This document shows, in pieces, positions 50,966 to 64,000 of a DNA stretch of 64,000 bases. Both the position numbers and the translations under genes were made by a program. Location: positions 27,838,001-27,902,000 of the forward strand of contig OZ024764.1 in assembly GCA_964016885.1 (NCBI GenBank). The letters run 5' to 3'. The DNA is from Eledone cirrhosa (lineage: Eukaryota). How positions within the stretch are numbered: position 1 is the first letter of the stretch; each line of letters opens with the position of its first letter. The notes below the pieces were generated by a model. That model was not told where the DNA came from and searched no databases. It saw only the letters and a program-made list of their open reading frames with translations.

Positions 50966-53900
50966 CGAGAGACAGAGAGAGCGAGATGACACGAGACAGA
51001 GAGCGAGATGAAATGAGAGAGAGAGAGAGAGAGATGAAACGAGAGAGAGAGTGCGAGATGAAACGAGAGTGAGAGAGCGAGATGAAACGAGAGAGTGAGA
51101 GCGAGATGAAATGAGAGAGAGAGAGAACGAGATGAAATGAGAGAGAGAGAGAGCGAGATGAAATGAGACATAGAGAGATGAAACGAGAGAGAGATGAAAC
51201 GAGAAAGAGAGGAAACGAGAGAGAGGAAACGTGAGTAGAGAGCGAGATGAAACAGGAGAGAGAGAGCGAGATGAAACGAGAGGGAGAGAGAGATGAAACG
51301 AGAGAGCGAGAGAGAGATAGAGGGAAATGAAACGACAGAGAGAGAGACAGATGAAACGAGGGATATAGAGATGAAACGAGAGAGAGAGATGAAACGAGAG
51401 AGAGGAAGAGAGAGATAGAACGAGAGAGAGGAAGAGAGAGATGAAACGAGAGAGAAGAAGACAGAGGTGAAACGAGAGAGAGAGAGAGCGAGGTGAAACG
51501 AGAGAGAGAGAGAGCGAGATGAAACGAGAGAGAGAGCGAGATGAAACGAGAGAGAGGAAGAGAGAGAGAGAGCGAGATGAAACGAGAGAGAGGAAGAGAG
51601 AGAGCGAGAGATGAAACTCTGTCATGGACATATCTGACCCTGGGGCTAATAATTGTCATGTAATGTTATGGACATCTCTGCCCCTGTGGCTAATAATTCT
51701 GTCATGTAATGTTATGGACATCTCTGCCCCTGTGGCTAATAATTCTGTCATGTAATGTTATGGAAATCTCTGCCCCTGTGGCTAATAATTCTGACATGTA
51801 ATGTTATGGAATCTCTGCCCCTGTGGCTAATAAATCTGTCATTTAATGTTACGGACATCTCTGCCACTGTGGCTAATAAATCTGTCATGTAATGTTATGG
51901 ACATCTCTGCCCCTGTGGCTAATAATTCTGACATGTAATGTTGTGGACATCTCTGCCCCTGTAGCTAATAATTCTGACATGTAATGTTATGGACATCTCT
52001 GCCCCTGTGGCTAATAAATTCGTCATGTAATGTTATGGACATCTCTGCCCCTGTGGCTAATAAATCTGTCATGTAATGTTATGGACATCTCTGCCCCTGT
52101 GGCTAATAATTCTGACATGTAATGTTATGGACATCTCTGCCCCTGTGGCTAATAATTCTGACATGTAATGTTATGGACATCTCTGCCCCTGTGGCTAATA
52201 ATTCTGAGAGAGATGAAACAAGTGAGGGATTAGAGAGAGATGAAACAAGTGAGGGATTAGAGTGTTGAAACAAGAGAGAGAGAGGAAGAGAGAGTGAGAG
52301 CGAGATGAAACGAGAGAGAGAGAGAGAGCGAGATGAAATGAGAGAGAGAGAGCGAGATGAAATGAGAGAGAGAGAGCGAGATGAAACGAGACAGAGAGAG
52401 CGGGATGAAACGTGACAGAGAGAGCAAGAGCGAGATGAAACGAGACAGAGAGAGCGAGATGAAACGAGAGAGAGAGAGCGAGATGAAATGAGAGAGAGAG
52501 AGCGAGATGAAATGAGAGAGAGAGAGCGAGATGAAACGAGAGAGTGAGAGCGAGATGGAACGAGACAGAGAGAGCGAGATGAAACGAGAGTAGGAGAGCT
52601 AGATGAAACGAGAGAGAGAGGAAACGAGAGATACGAAACGAGAGAGAGGAAACGAGAGTAGAGAGCGAGATGAAACAGGAGAGAGAGAGCGAGATGAAAC
52701 AGGAGAGAGAAAGCGAGATGAAACGAGAGGGAGAGAGAGATGAAACGAGAGAGCGAGAGAGAGATAGAGGGAGATGAAACGACAGAGAGAGAGACAGATG
52801 AAACGAGGGAGATAGAGATGAAACGAGAGAGAGAGATGAAACGAGAGAGAGGAAGAGAGAGATGGAACGAGAGAGAGGAAGAGAGAGATGGAACGAGAGA
52901 GAGGAAGACAGAGATGAAACGAGAGAGAGAGAGAGCAAGATGAAACGAGAGAGAGGAAGAGAGAGATGGAACGAGAGAGAGGAAGAGAGAGATGGAACGA
53001 GCGAGAGGAAGACAGAGATGAAACGAGACAGAGAGAGATCGAGATGAAACGAGAGAGAAGAAGAGAGAGAGCGCAAGATGAAACGAGAGAGAGAGAGAGA
53101 GCGAGATGAAACGAGAGAGAGGAAGAGAGAGAGCGCGAGATGAAACGAGAGAGAGGAAGAGAGAGAGCGCGAGATGAAGTGAGAGAGAGAGAGCGAGATG
53201 AAATGAGAGATTGAGAGTGAGATGAAACGAGAGAGTGAGAGAGAGCGAGATGAAATGAGAGAGAGAGAGCGAGATGAAATGAGAGAGAGAGAGCGAGATG
53301 AAATGAGAGAGAGAGAGCGAGATGAAACGAGACAGAGAGAGCGGGATGAAACGAGACAGAGAGATTGAGATGAAATGAGAGAGAGAGAGCGAGATGAAAT
53401 GAGAGAGAGAGAGCGAGATGAAACGAGAGAGTGAGAGCGAGATGGAACGAGTCAGAGAGAGCGAGATGAAACGAGAGAGTGAGAGCTAGATGAAACGAGA
53501 GAGAGAGGAAACGAGAGAGAGAGGAAACTAGAGAGAGGAAACAAGAGAGAGGAAACGAGAGTAGAGAGCAAGATGAAACAGGAGAGAGAGAGAGCGAGAT
53601 GAAACCGGAGAGAGAGAGCGAGATGAAACGAGAGGGAGGGAGAGATGAAACGAGAGAGCGAGAGAGAGATAGAGGGAGATGAAACGAGAGAGTGATAGCT
53701 AGATGAAACGAGAGAGAGAGGAATAGAGAGATGGAACGAGAGAGAGGAAGACAGATATGAAACGAGAGAGAGAGAGAGCGAGATGAAACGAGAGAGAGGA
53801 AGAGAGAGAGCGCGAGATGAAACGAGAGAGAGAGAGCGAGATGAAACGAGAGAGAGAGAGCGAGATGAAACGAGAGAGAGAGAGCGAGATGAAACGAGAG

Positions 53901-56900
53901 AGAGGAAGAGAGAGAGCGCGAGATGAAAGTCTGTCATGTAATGTTATGGACATATCTGCCCTTGGGGCTAATAATTGTCATGTAATGTTATGGACATATC
54001 TACCCTTGGGGCTAATAATTGTCATGTAATGTTATGTACATCTCTGCCCCTGTGGCAAATAATTCTGTCATGTAATGTTATGGACATCTCTGTCCCTGTG
54101 GCTAATAATTATGTCATGTAATGTTATGGACATCTCTGCCCCTGTGGCTAATAATTCTGTCATGTAATGTTATGGACATCTCTGCCCCTGTGGCTAATAA
54201 ATTTGTCATGTAATGTTATGGACATCTCTGCCCCTGTGGCTAATAAATCTGTCATGTAATGTTATGGACATCTCTGCCCCTGTGGCTAATAATTCTGACA
54301 TGTAATGTTATGGATATCTCTGCCCCTGTGGCTAATAATTCTGAGAGAGATGAAACAAGTGAGGGATAAGAGAGAGATGAAACAAGTGAGGGATTAGAGT
54401 GTTGAAACAAGAGAGAGAGAGGAAGAGAGAGTGAGAGCGAGATCAAACGAGAGAGAGAGAGAGAGCGAGATGAAATGAGAGAGAGAGAGCGAGATGAAAT
54501 GAGAGAGAGAGAGCGAGATGAAACGAGACAGAGAGAGCGGGATGAAACGTGACAGAGAGAGCGAGATGAAACGAGAGAGAGAGAGCGAGATGAAATGAGA
54601 GAGAGAGAGCGAGATGAAATGAGAGAGAGAGAGCGAGATGAAACGAGAGAGTGAGAGCGAGATGGAACGAGACAGAGAGAGCGAGATGAAACGAGAGTAG
54701 GAGAGCTAGATGAAACGAGAGAGAGAGGAAACGAGAGATACGAAACGAGAGAGAGGAAACGAGAGTAGAGAGCGAGATGAAACAGGAGAGAGAGAGCGAG
54801 ATTAAACAGGAGAGAGAAAGCGAGATGAAACGAGAGGGAGAGAGAGATGAAACGAGAGAGCGAGAGAGAGATAGAGGGAGATGAAACGACAGAGAGAGAG
54901 ACAGATGAAACGAGGGAGATAGAGATGAAACGAGAGAGAGAGATGAAACGAGAGAGAGGAAGAGAGAGATGGAACGAGAGAGAGGAAGAGAGAGATGGAA
55001 CGAGAGAGAGGAAGACAGAGATGAAACGAGAGAGAGAGAGAGCAAGATGAAACGAGAGAGAGGAAGAGAGAGATGGAACGAGAGAGAGGAAGAGAGAGAT
55101 GGAACGAGCGAGAGGAGGACAGAGATGAAACGAGACAGAGAGAGATCGAGATGAAACGAGAGAGAGGAAGAGAGAGAGCGCAAGATGAAACGAGAGAGAG
55201 AGAGAGAGCGAGATGAAACGAGAGAGAGGAAGAGAGAGAGCGCGAGATGAAACGAGAGAGAGGAAGAGAGAGAGCGCGAGATGAAGTGAGAGAGAGAGAG
55301 CGAGATGAAATGAGAGATTGAGAGTGAGATGAAACGAGAGAGTGAGAGAGAGCGAGATGAAATGAGAGAGAGAGAGCGAGATGAAATGAGAGAGAGAGAG
55401 CGAGATGAAATGAGAGAGAGAGAGCGAGATGAAACGAGACAGAGAGAGCGGGATGAAACGAGACAGAGAGATCGAGATGAAATGAGAGAGAGAGAGCGAG
55501 ATGAAATGAGAGAGAGAGAGCGAGATGAAACGAGAGAGTGAGAGCGAGATGGAACGAGTCAGAGAGAGCGAGATGAAACGAGAGAGTGAGAGCTAGATGA
55601 AACGAGAGAGAGAGGAAACGAGAGAGAGAGGAAACTAGAGAGAGGAAACAAGAGAGAGGAAACGAGAGTAGAGAGCAAGATGAAACAGGAGAGAGAGAGA
55701 GCGAGATGAAACCGGAGAGAGAGAGCGAGATGAAACGAGAGGGAGGGAGAGATGAAACGAGAGAGCGAGAGAGAGATAGAGGGAGATGAAACGAGAGAGT
55801 GATAGCTAGATGAAACGAGAGAGAGAGGAATAGTGAGATGGAACGAGAGAGAGGAAGACAGATATGAAACGAGAGAGAGAGAGAGCGAGATGAAACGAGA
55901 GAGAGGAAGAGAGAGAGCGCGAGATGAAACGAGAGAGAGAGAGCGAGATGAAACGAGAGAGAGAGAGCGAGATGAAACGAGAGAGAGAGAGCGAGATGAA
56001 ACGAGAGAGAGGAAGAGAGAGAGCGCGAGATGAAAGTCTGTCATGTAATGTTATGGACATATCTGCCCTTGGGGCTAATAATTGTCATGTAATGTTATGG
56101 ACATATCTACCCTTGGGACTAATAATTGTCATGTAATGTTATGTACATCTCTGCCCCTGTGGCAAATAATTCTGTCATGTAATGTTATGGACATCTCTGT
56201 CCCTGTGGCTAATAATTATGTCATGTAATGTTATGGACATCTCTGCCCCTGTGGCTAATAATTCTGTCATGTAATGTTATGGACATCTCTGCCCCTGTGG
56301 CTAATAAATTTGTCATGTAATGTTATGGACATCTCTGCCCCTGTGGCTAATAAATCTGTCATGTAATGTTATGGACATCTCTGCCCCTGTGGCTAATAAT
56401 TCTGACATGTAATGTTATGGATATCTCTGCCACTGTGGCTAATAATTCTGAGAGAGATGAAACAAGTGAGGGATAAGAGAGAGATGAAACAAGTGAGGGA
56501 TTAGAGTGTTGAAACAAGAGAGAGAGAGGAAGAGAGAGTGAGAGCGAGATCAAACGAGAGAGAGAGAGCGAGATGAAATGAGAGAGTGAGAGCGAGATGA
56601 AACGAGAGAGAGAGAGCGAGATGAAATGAGAGAGAGAGAGCGAGATGAAATGAGAGAGAGAGAGCGAGATGAAACGAGACAGAGAGAGCGAGGTGAAACG
56701 AGAGAGAGAGAGAGCGAAATGAAACGAGACAGATTAGAGCGAGATGAAACGGGAGAGAGCGAGATGAAATGAGAGAGAGAGAGCGAGATGAAACGAGAGA
56801 GTGAGAGCTAGAGGAAACGATAGAGAGAGGAAACGAGAGAGAGAGGAAACGAGAGAGAGGATACGAGAGAGAGGAAACGAGAGTAGAGAGCGAGATGAAA

Positions 56901-59900
56901 CAGGAGAGAGAGAGCGAGATGAAACAGGAGAGAGAGAGCGAGATGAAACGAGAGGGAGAGAGAGATGAAACGAGAGAGCGAGAGAGAGATAGAGGGAGAT
57001 GAAACGACAGAGAGAGAGACAGATGAAACAAGTGAGGGATAAGAGAGAGATGAAACAAGTGAGGGATTAGAGTGTTGAAACAAGAGAGAGAGAGGAAGAG
57101 AGAGTGAGAGCGAGATCAAACGAGAGAGAGAGAGCGAGATGAAATGAGAGAGTGAGAGCGAGATGAAACGAGAGAGAGACAGCGAGATGAAATGAGAGAG
57201 CGAGAGCGAGATGAAATGAGAGAGAGAGAGCGAGATGAAACGAGACAGAGAGAGCGAGATGAAACGAGAGAGAGAGAGAGCGAAATGAAACGAGACAGAT
57301 TAGAGCGAGATGAAACGAGAGAGAGAGAGCGAGATGAAATGAGAGAGAGAGAGCGAGATGAAACGAGAGAGTGAGAGCTAGAGGAAACGAGAGAGAGAGG
57401 AAACGAGAGTAGAGAGCGAGATGAAACAGGAGAGAGAGAGCGAGATGAAACAGGAGAGAGAGAGCGAGATGAAACAGGAGAGAGAGAGCGAGATGAAACA
57501 GGAGAGAGAGAGCGAGATGAAACGAGAGGGAGAGAGAGATGAAACGAGAGAGCGAGAGAGAGATAGAGGGAGATGAAACGACAGAGAGAGAGACAGATGA
57601 AACGAGGGAGATAGAGATGAAACGAGAGAGAGAGATGAAACGAGAGAGAGGAAGAGAGAGATGGAACGAGAGAGAGGAAGAGAGAGATGGAACGAGAGAG
57701 AGGAAGACAGAGATGAAACGAGAGAGAGAGAGAGCGAGATGAAACGAGAGAGAGGAAGAGAGAGAACGCGAGATGAAACGAGAGAGAGAGAGAGCAAGAT
57801 GAAACGAGAGAGAGGAAGAGAGAGAGCGCAAGATGAAACGAGAGAGAGAGAGCGCGAGATGAAAGTCTGTCATGTAATGTTATGGACACATCTGCCCTTG
57901 GGGCTAATAATTGTCATGTAATGTTATGGAAATCTCTGCCCCTGTGGCTAATAATTCTGTCATGTAATGTTATGGACATCTCTGCCCCTGTGGCTAATAA
58001 TTCTGTCATGTAATGTTATGGACATCTCTGCCCCTGTGGCTAATAAATCTGTCATGTAATGTTATGGACATCTCTGCCCCTGTGGCTAATAATTCTGACA
58101 TGTAATGTTATGGACATCTCTGCCCCTGTGGCTAATAAATATGACATGTAATGTTATGGACATCTCTGCCCCTGTGGCTAATAAATCTGTCATGTAATGT
58201 TATGGACATCTCTGCCCCTGTGGCTAATAATTCTGACATGTAATGTTATGGACATCTCTGCCCCTGTGGCTAATAATTCTGAGATAGATGAAACAAGTGA
58301 GGGATTAGATAGAGATGAAACAAGTGAGGGATTAGAGTGTTGAAACAAGAGAGAGAGAGGAAGAGAGAGTGAAAGCGAAATCAAACGAGAGAGAGCGAGA
58401 TGAAATGAGAGAGTGAGAGCGAGATGAAACGAGAGAGAGAGAGAGAGCGAGATGAAATGAGAGAGAGAGAGCGAGATGAAATGAGAGAGAGAGAGCGAGA
58501 TGAAACGAGACAGAGAGAGCGGGATGAAACGAGACAGAGAGATCGAGATGAAATGAGAGAGAGAGAGCGAGATGAAACGAGAGAGAGAGAGCGAGATGAA
58601 ATGAGAGAGAGAGAGCGAGATGAAATGAGAGAGAGAGAGCGAGATGAAACGAGAGAGTGAGAGCGAGATGGAACGAGACAGAGAGAGCGAGATGAAACGA
58701 GAGTGGGAGAGCTAGATGAAACGAGAGAGAGAGGAAACGAGAGAGACGAAACGAGAGAGAGGAAACGAGAGTAGAGAGCGAGATGAAACAGGAGAGAGAG
58801 AGCGAGATGAAACAGGAGAGAGAGAGCGAGATGAAACGAGAGGGAGAGAGAGATGAAACGAGAGAGCGAGAGAGAGATAGAGGGAGATGAAACGACAGAG
58901 AGAGATACAGATGAAACGAGGGAGATAGAGATGAAACGAGAGAGAGAGATGAAACGAGAGAGAGGAAGAGAGAGATGGAACGAGAGAGAGGAAGAGAGAG
59001 ATGGAACGAGAGAGAGGAAGACAGAGATCAAACGAGAGAGAGAGAGAGCAAGATGAAACGAGAGAGAGAGATGTAACGAGAGAGAGGAAGAGAGAGATGG
59101 AACGAGAGAGAGGAAGAGAGAGATGGAACGAGCGAGAGGAAGACAGAGATGAAACGAGACAGAGAGAGATCGAGATGAAACGAGAGAGAGGAAGAGAGAG
59201 AGCGTAAGATGAAACGAGAGAGAGAGAGAGAGCGAGATGAAACGAGAGAGAGGAAGAGAGAGAGCGCGAGATGAAACGAGAGAGAGGAAGAGAGAGAGCG
59301 CGAGATGAAATGAGAGAGAGAGAGCGAGATGAAATGAGAGATTGAGAGTGAGATGAAACGAGAGAGTGAGAGAGAGCGAGATGAAATGAGAGAGAGAGAG
59401 TGAGATGAAATGAGAGAGAGAGAGCGAGATGAAACGAGACAGAGAGAGCGGGATGAAACGAGAGAGAGAGAGCGAGATGAAACGAGAGAGAGGAAGAGAG
59501 AGAGCGCGAGATGAAACGAGAGAGAGAGATGAAACGAGAGAGAGGAAGAGAGAGATGGAACGAGAGAGAGGAAGAGAGAGATGGAACGAGAGAGAGGAAG
59601 ACAGAGATGAAACGAGAGAGAGAGAGAGCGAGATGAAACGAGAGAGAGGAAGAGAGAGAACGCGAGATGAAACGAGAGAGAGAGCAAGATGAAACGAGAG
59701 AGAGGAAGAGAGAGAGCGCAAGATGAAACGAGAGAGAGAGAGCGCGAGATGAAAGTCTGTCATGTAATGTTATGGACATATCTGCCCTTGGGGCTAATAA
59801 TTGTCATGTAATGTTATGGAAATCTCTGCCCCTGTGGCTAATAATTCTGTCATGTAATGTTATGGACATCTCTGCCCCTGTGGCTAATAATTCTGTCATG

Positions 59901-60309
59901 TAATGTTATGAACATCTCTGCCCCTGTGGCTAATAAATCTGTCATGTAATGTTATGGACATCTCTGCCCCTGTGGCTAATAATTCTGACATGTAATGTTA
60001 TGGACATCTCTGCCCCTGTGGCTAATAAATATGACATGTAATGTTATGGACATCTCTGCCCCTGTGGCTAATAAATCTGTCATGTAATGTTATGGACATC
60101 TCTGCCCCTGTGGCTAATAATTCTGACATGTAATGTTATGGACATCTCTGCCCCTGTGGCTAATAAATCTGTCATGTAATGTTATGGACATCTCTGCCCC
60201 TGTGGCTAATAATTCTGACATGTAATGTTATGGACATCTCTGCCCCTGTGGCTAATAATTCTGACATGTAATGTTATGGACATCTCTGCCCCTGTGGCTA
60301 ATAATTCTG
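50966..60309 (+). repeat. Composite higher-order satellite, forward arm of the second expanded cassette
   Basis: 46-mer blocks at ~51619-52205, 53932-54342, 56039-56449, 57867-58280, 59758-60309, separated by A, B and hybrid GA blocks. Confidence 0.95.
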
Positions 60310-63300
60310 ATTTATTAGCCACAGGGGCAGAGATGTCCATAACATTACATGACAGAATTATTAGCCACAGGGGCATAGATTTCCATAACATTACATGTCA
60401 GAATTATTAGCCACAGGGGCAGAGATGTCCATAACATTACATGTCAGAATTATTAGCCACAGGGGCAGAGATGTCCATAACATTACATGACAGAATTATT
60501 AGCCACAGGGGCAGAGATGACCATAACATTACATGACAATTATTAGCCACAGGGTCAGATATGTCAATAACATTACATGACAGAGTTTCATCTTGCGCGC
60601 TCTCTCTCTCGTTTCATCTCGCTCTCCCTCTCTCTCGTTTCATCTCTGTCTTCCTCTCTCTCGTTTCATCTCGCTCTCTCTCTCTCTCGTTCCATCTCTC
60701 TCTTCCTCTCTCTCGTTCCATCTCTCTCATCCTCTCTCTCGTTTCATCTCTATCTCCCTCCTTTCATCTGTCTCTCTCTCTGTCGTTTCATCTCGCGCTC
60801 TCTCTCTCTCGTTTCATCTTGCGCTCTCTCTCTCTCGTTTCATCTCGCTCTCTCTCTCGTTTCATCTCTGTCTTCCTCTCTCTCGTTCCATCTCTCTCTT
60901 CCTCTCTCTCGTTCCATCTCTCTCTTCCTCTCTCTCGTTTCATCTCTATCTCGCTTCTTTCATCTGTCTCGCTCTCTGTAGTTTCATCTCGCGCTCTCTC
61001 TCTCGTTTCATGTCGCGCTCTCTCTCTCTCGTTTCATCTCGCTCTCTCTCTCTCGTTTCATCTCTGTCTTCCTCTCTCTCGTGCCATCTCTCTCTTCCTC
61101 TCTCTCGTTCCATCTCTCTCTTCCTCTCTCTCGTTTCATCTCTATCTCCCTTGTTTCATCTCTCTCTCGCTCTCTCGTTTCATCTCTCTCTCCCTCTCGT
61201 TTCATCTCGCTCTCTCTCTCCTGTTTCATCTCGCTCTCTCTCTCTCGTTTCATCTCTGTCTTCCTCTCTCTCGTTCCATCTCTGTCTTCCTCTCTCTCGT
61301 TCCATCTCTCTCTTCCTCTCCCTCGTTTCATCTCTCTCTCGCTCTCTCGTTTCATCTCTCTCTCCCTCTCATTTCATCTCGCTCTCTCTCTCCTGTTTCA
61401 TCTCGCTCTCTACTCTCGTTTCCTCTCTCTCTCTCGTTTCATCTCTCTCTCCCTCCCGTTTCATCTCGCTCTCTCTCTCTCATTTCATCTCGCTCTCTCT
61501 CTCTCGTTTCATCTCGCTCTCCCTCTCTCGTTTCATCCCGCTCTCACTCTCTCATTTCTTCTCGCTCTCTCTCTCTTGTTTCAACACTCTAATCCCTCAC
61601 TTGTTTACTATCTCTCAGAATTATTAGCCACAGGGACAGAGATGACCATAACATTACATGTCAGAATTATTAGCCACAAGGGCAGAGATGTCCATAACAT
61701 TACATGACAGAATTATTAGCCACAGGGGCAGAGATGACCATAACATTACATGAAAATTATTAGCCACAGGGGCAGATATGTCAATAACATTACATGACAG
61801 AGTTTCATCTCGCGCTCTCTCTCTCTCGTTTCATCTTGCGCTCTCTCTCTCTCTCGTTTCATCTTGCTCTCTCTCTCGTTTCATCTCTGTCTTCCTCTCT
61901 CTCGTTCCATCTCTCTCTTCCTCTCCCTCGTTCCATCTCTCTCATCCTCTCTCTCGTTTCATCTCTATCTCCCTCCTTTCATCTGTCTCTCTCTCTGTCG
62001 TTTCATCTCGCGCTCTCTCTCTCTCGTTTCATCTCGCGCTCTCTCTGTCTCGTTTCATCTCGCTCTCTCTCGTTTCATCTCTGTCTTTTCTCTCTCGTTC
62101 CATCTCTCTCTTCCTCTCTCTCGTTCCATCTCTCTCTTCCTCTCTCTCGTTTCATCTCTATCTCCCTCGTTTCATCTCTCTCTCGCTCTCTCGTTTCATC
62201 TCTCTCTCCCGCTCGTTTCTTCTCGCTCTCTCTCTCCTGTTTCATCTCGCTCTCTACTCTCGTTTCCTCTCTCTCATTTCCTCTCTCTCTCGTTTCATCT
62301 CTGTCTCGTTTCATCTCGCTCTCTCTCTTTCTCGTTTGATCTCGCTCTCACTCTCTCGTTTCATCTCGCTTCTCTCACTCTCTTGTTTCATCTCGCTCTC
62401 TCTCTCTCTTCCTCTCTCTCTCTTGTTTCAACACTCTAATCCCTCACTTGTTTTATCTCTCTCTAATCCCTCACTTGGTTCATCTCTCTCAGAATTATTA
62501 GCCACAGGGGCAGAGATGTCCATAACATTGCATGTCAGAATTATTAGCCACAGGGCAGAGATGTCCATAACATTACGTCAGAATTATTAGCCACAGGGGC
62601 AGAGATGTCCATAACATTACATGTCAGAATTATTAGCCACAGGGGCAGAGATGTCCATAACATTACATGACAGAATTATTAGCCACAGGGGCAGAGATGT
62701 CCATAACATTACATGTCAGAATTATTAGCCATAGGGGCAGAGATGTCCATAACATTACATGACAATTATTAGCCCCAAGGGCAGATATGTCGATAACATT
62801 ACATGAGAGAGTTTCATCTCGCGCTCTCTCTCTTCCTCTCTCTCGTTTCATCTCTGTCTTCCTCTCTCTCGTTCCATCTCCCTCTTCCTCTCTCTCGTTC
62901 CATCTCTCTCTTCCTCTCTCTCGTTTCATCTCTATCTCCCTCCTTTCATCTGTCTCTCTCTCTGTCGTTTCATCTCGCGCTCTCTCTCTCTCGTTTCATC
63001 TCGCTCTCTCTCTCTCTCGTTTCATCTCTGTCTTCCTCTCTCTCGTTCCATCTCTCTCTTCCTCTCTCTCGTTTCATCTCTATCTCCCTCGTTTCATCTC
63101 TCGCTCGCTCTCTCGTTTCATCTCTCTCTCCCTCTCGTTTCATCTCGCTCTCTACTCTCGTTTCCTCTCTGTCTCGTTCCATCCCGCTCTCTCTCTCTCT
63201 CATTACATCTCGCTCTCTCTGTCTCGTTTCATCTCGCTCTCACTCTCTCGTTTCAACACTCTAATCCCTCACTTGTTTTATCTCTCTCTAATCCCCCACT

Positions 63301-64000
63301 TGTTTCATCTCTCTCAGAATTATTAGCCACAGGGGGAGAGATGTCCATAACATTACATGTAAGAATTATTAGCCACAGGGGCAGAGATGTCCATAACATT
63401 ACATGACAGAATTATTAGCCACAGGGCCAGTGATGTCCATAACATTACATGACAATTATTAGCCCGAAGGGCAGATATGTCCATAACATTACATGACAGA
63501 GTTTCATCTCGCGCTCTCTCTCTTGCTCTCTCTCGTTTCATCTCGCTCTCTCTCTCTCTCGTTTCATCTCGCTCTCTCGTTTCATCTCGCTCTCTCTCGT
63601 TTCATCTCTGTCTTCCTCTCTCTCGTTCCATCTCTCTCTTCCTCTCTCTCGTTCCATCTCTCTCTTCCTCTCTCTCGTTCCATCTCTCTCTTCCTCTCTC
63701 TCGTTTCATTTCTATCTCCCTCCTTTCATCTGTCTCTCTCTCTGTCGTTTCATCTCGCGCTCTCTCTCTCTCGATTCATCTCGCGCTCTCTCTCTCTCGT
63801 TTCATCTCGCTCTCTCTCTCTCTCGTTTCATCTCTGTCTTCCTCTCTCTCGTTCCATCTCTCTCTTCCTCCCTCTCTTCCTCTCTCTCGTTTCATCACTA
63901 TCTCCCTCGTTTCATCTCTCTCTCCCTCTCGTTTCATCTCGCTCTCTCTCTCCTGTTTCATCTCGCTCTCTACTCTCGTTTCCTCTCTGTCTCGTTCCAT
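60309..64000 (-). repeat. Composite satellite, inverted arm of the second expanded cassette (runs off the window)
   Basis: Same inversion junction sequence as at 29683; CT blocks alternate with reversed 46-mers. Confidence 0.95.

Overview
Eukaryotic (animal) repeat-dense DNA with no intact gene. The tRNA-derived SINE resembles, from memory, the abundant octopod SINEs, so a cephalopod or mollusc host is a tentative guess. The window is a nested tandem array of a ~9.7-kb unit. Each unit holds a doubly deleted Helitron Rep/Hel pseudogene, a decayed PHD finger, CRE-clade retrotransposon 3' fragments, SINEs, VNTRs and foldback elements. The unit occurs as two alternating sequence types: alpha, with an empty Helitron site, and beta, with a cassette inserted at GGCATC|AAACAGC. 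The cassette carries one GA-rich block plus one block of 46-bp repeats. It is seen in a small 'seed' state (ending at 1850) and in two expanded states (14031-39630 and 50256->64000). There it forms a higher-order composite satellite that flips orientation at a spacer-less junction (29683 and 60309). One alpha unit has lost ~7.9 kb, replaced by a perfect 30-bp snap-back hairpin plus an 89-bp alternating-inverted-repeat array. Nearly all listed S/L-rich and R/E-rich ORFs are artefacts of the satellite. All homology calls come from recognising motifs by eye, not from database searches, and block boundaries are approximate to a few bases.
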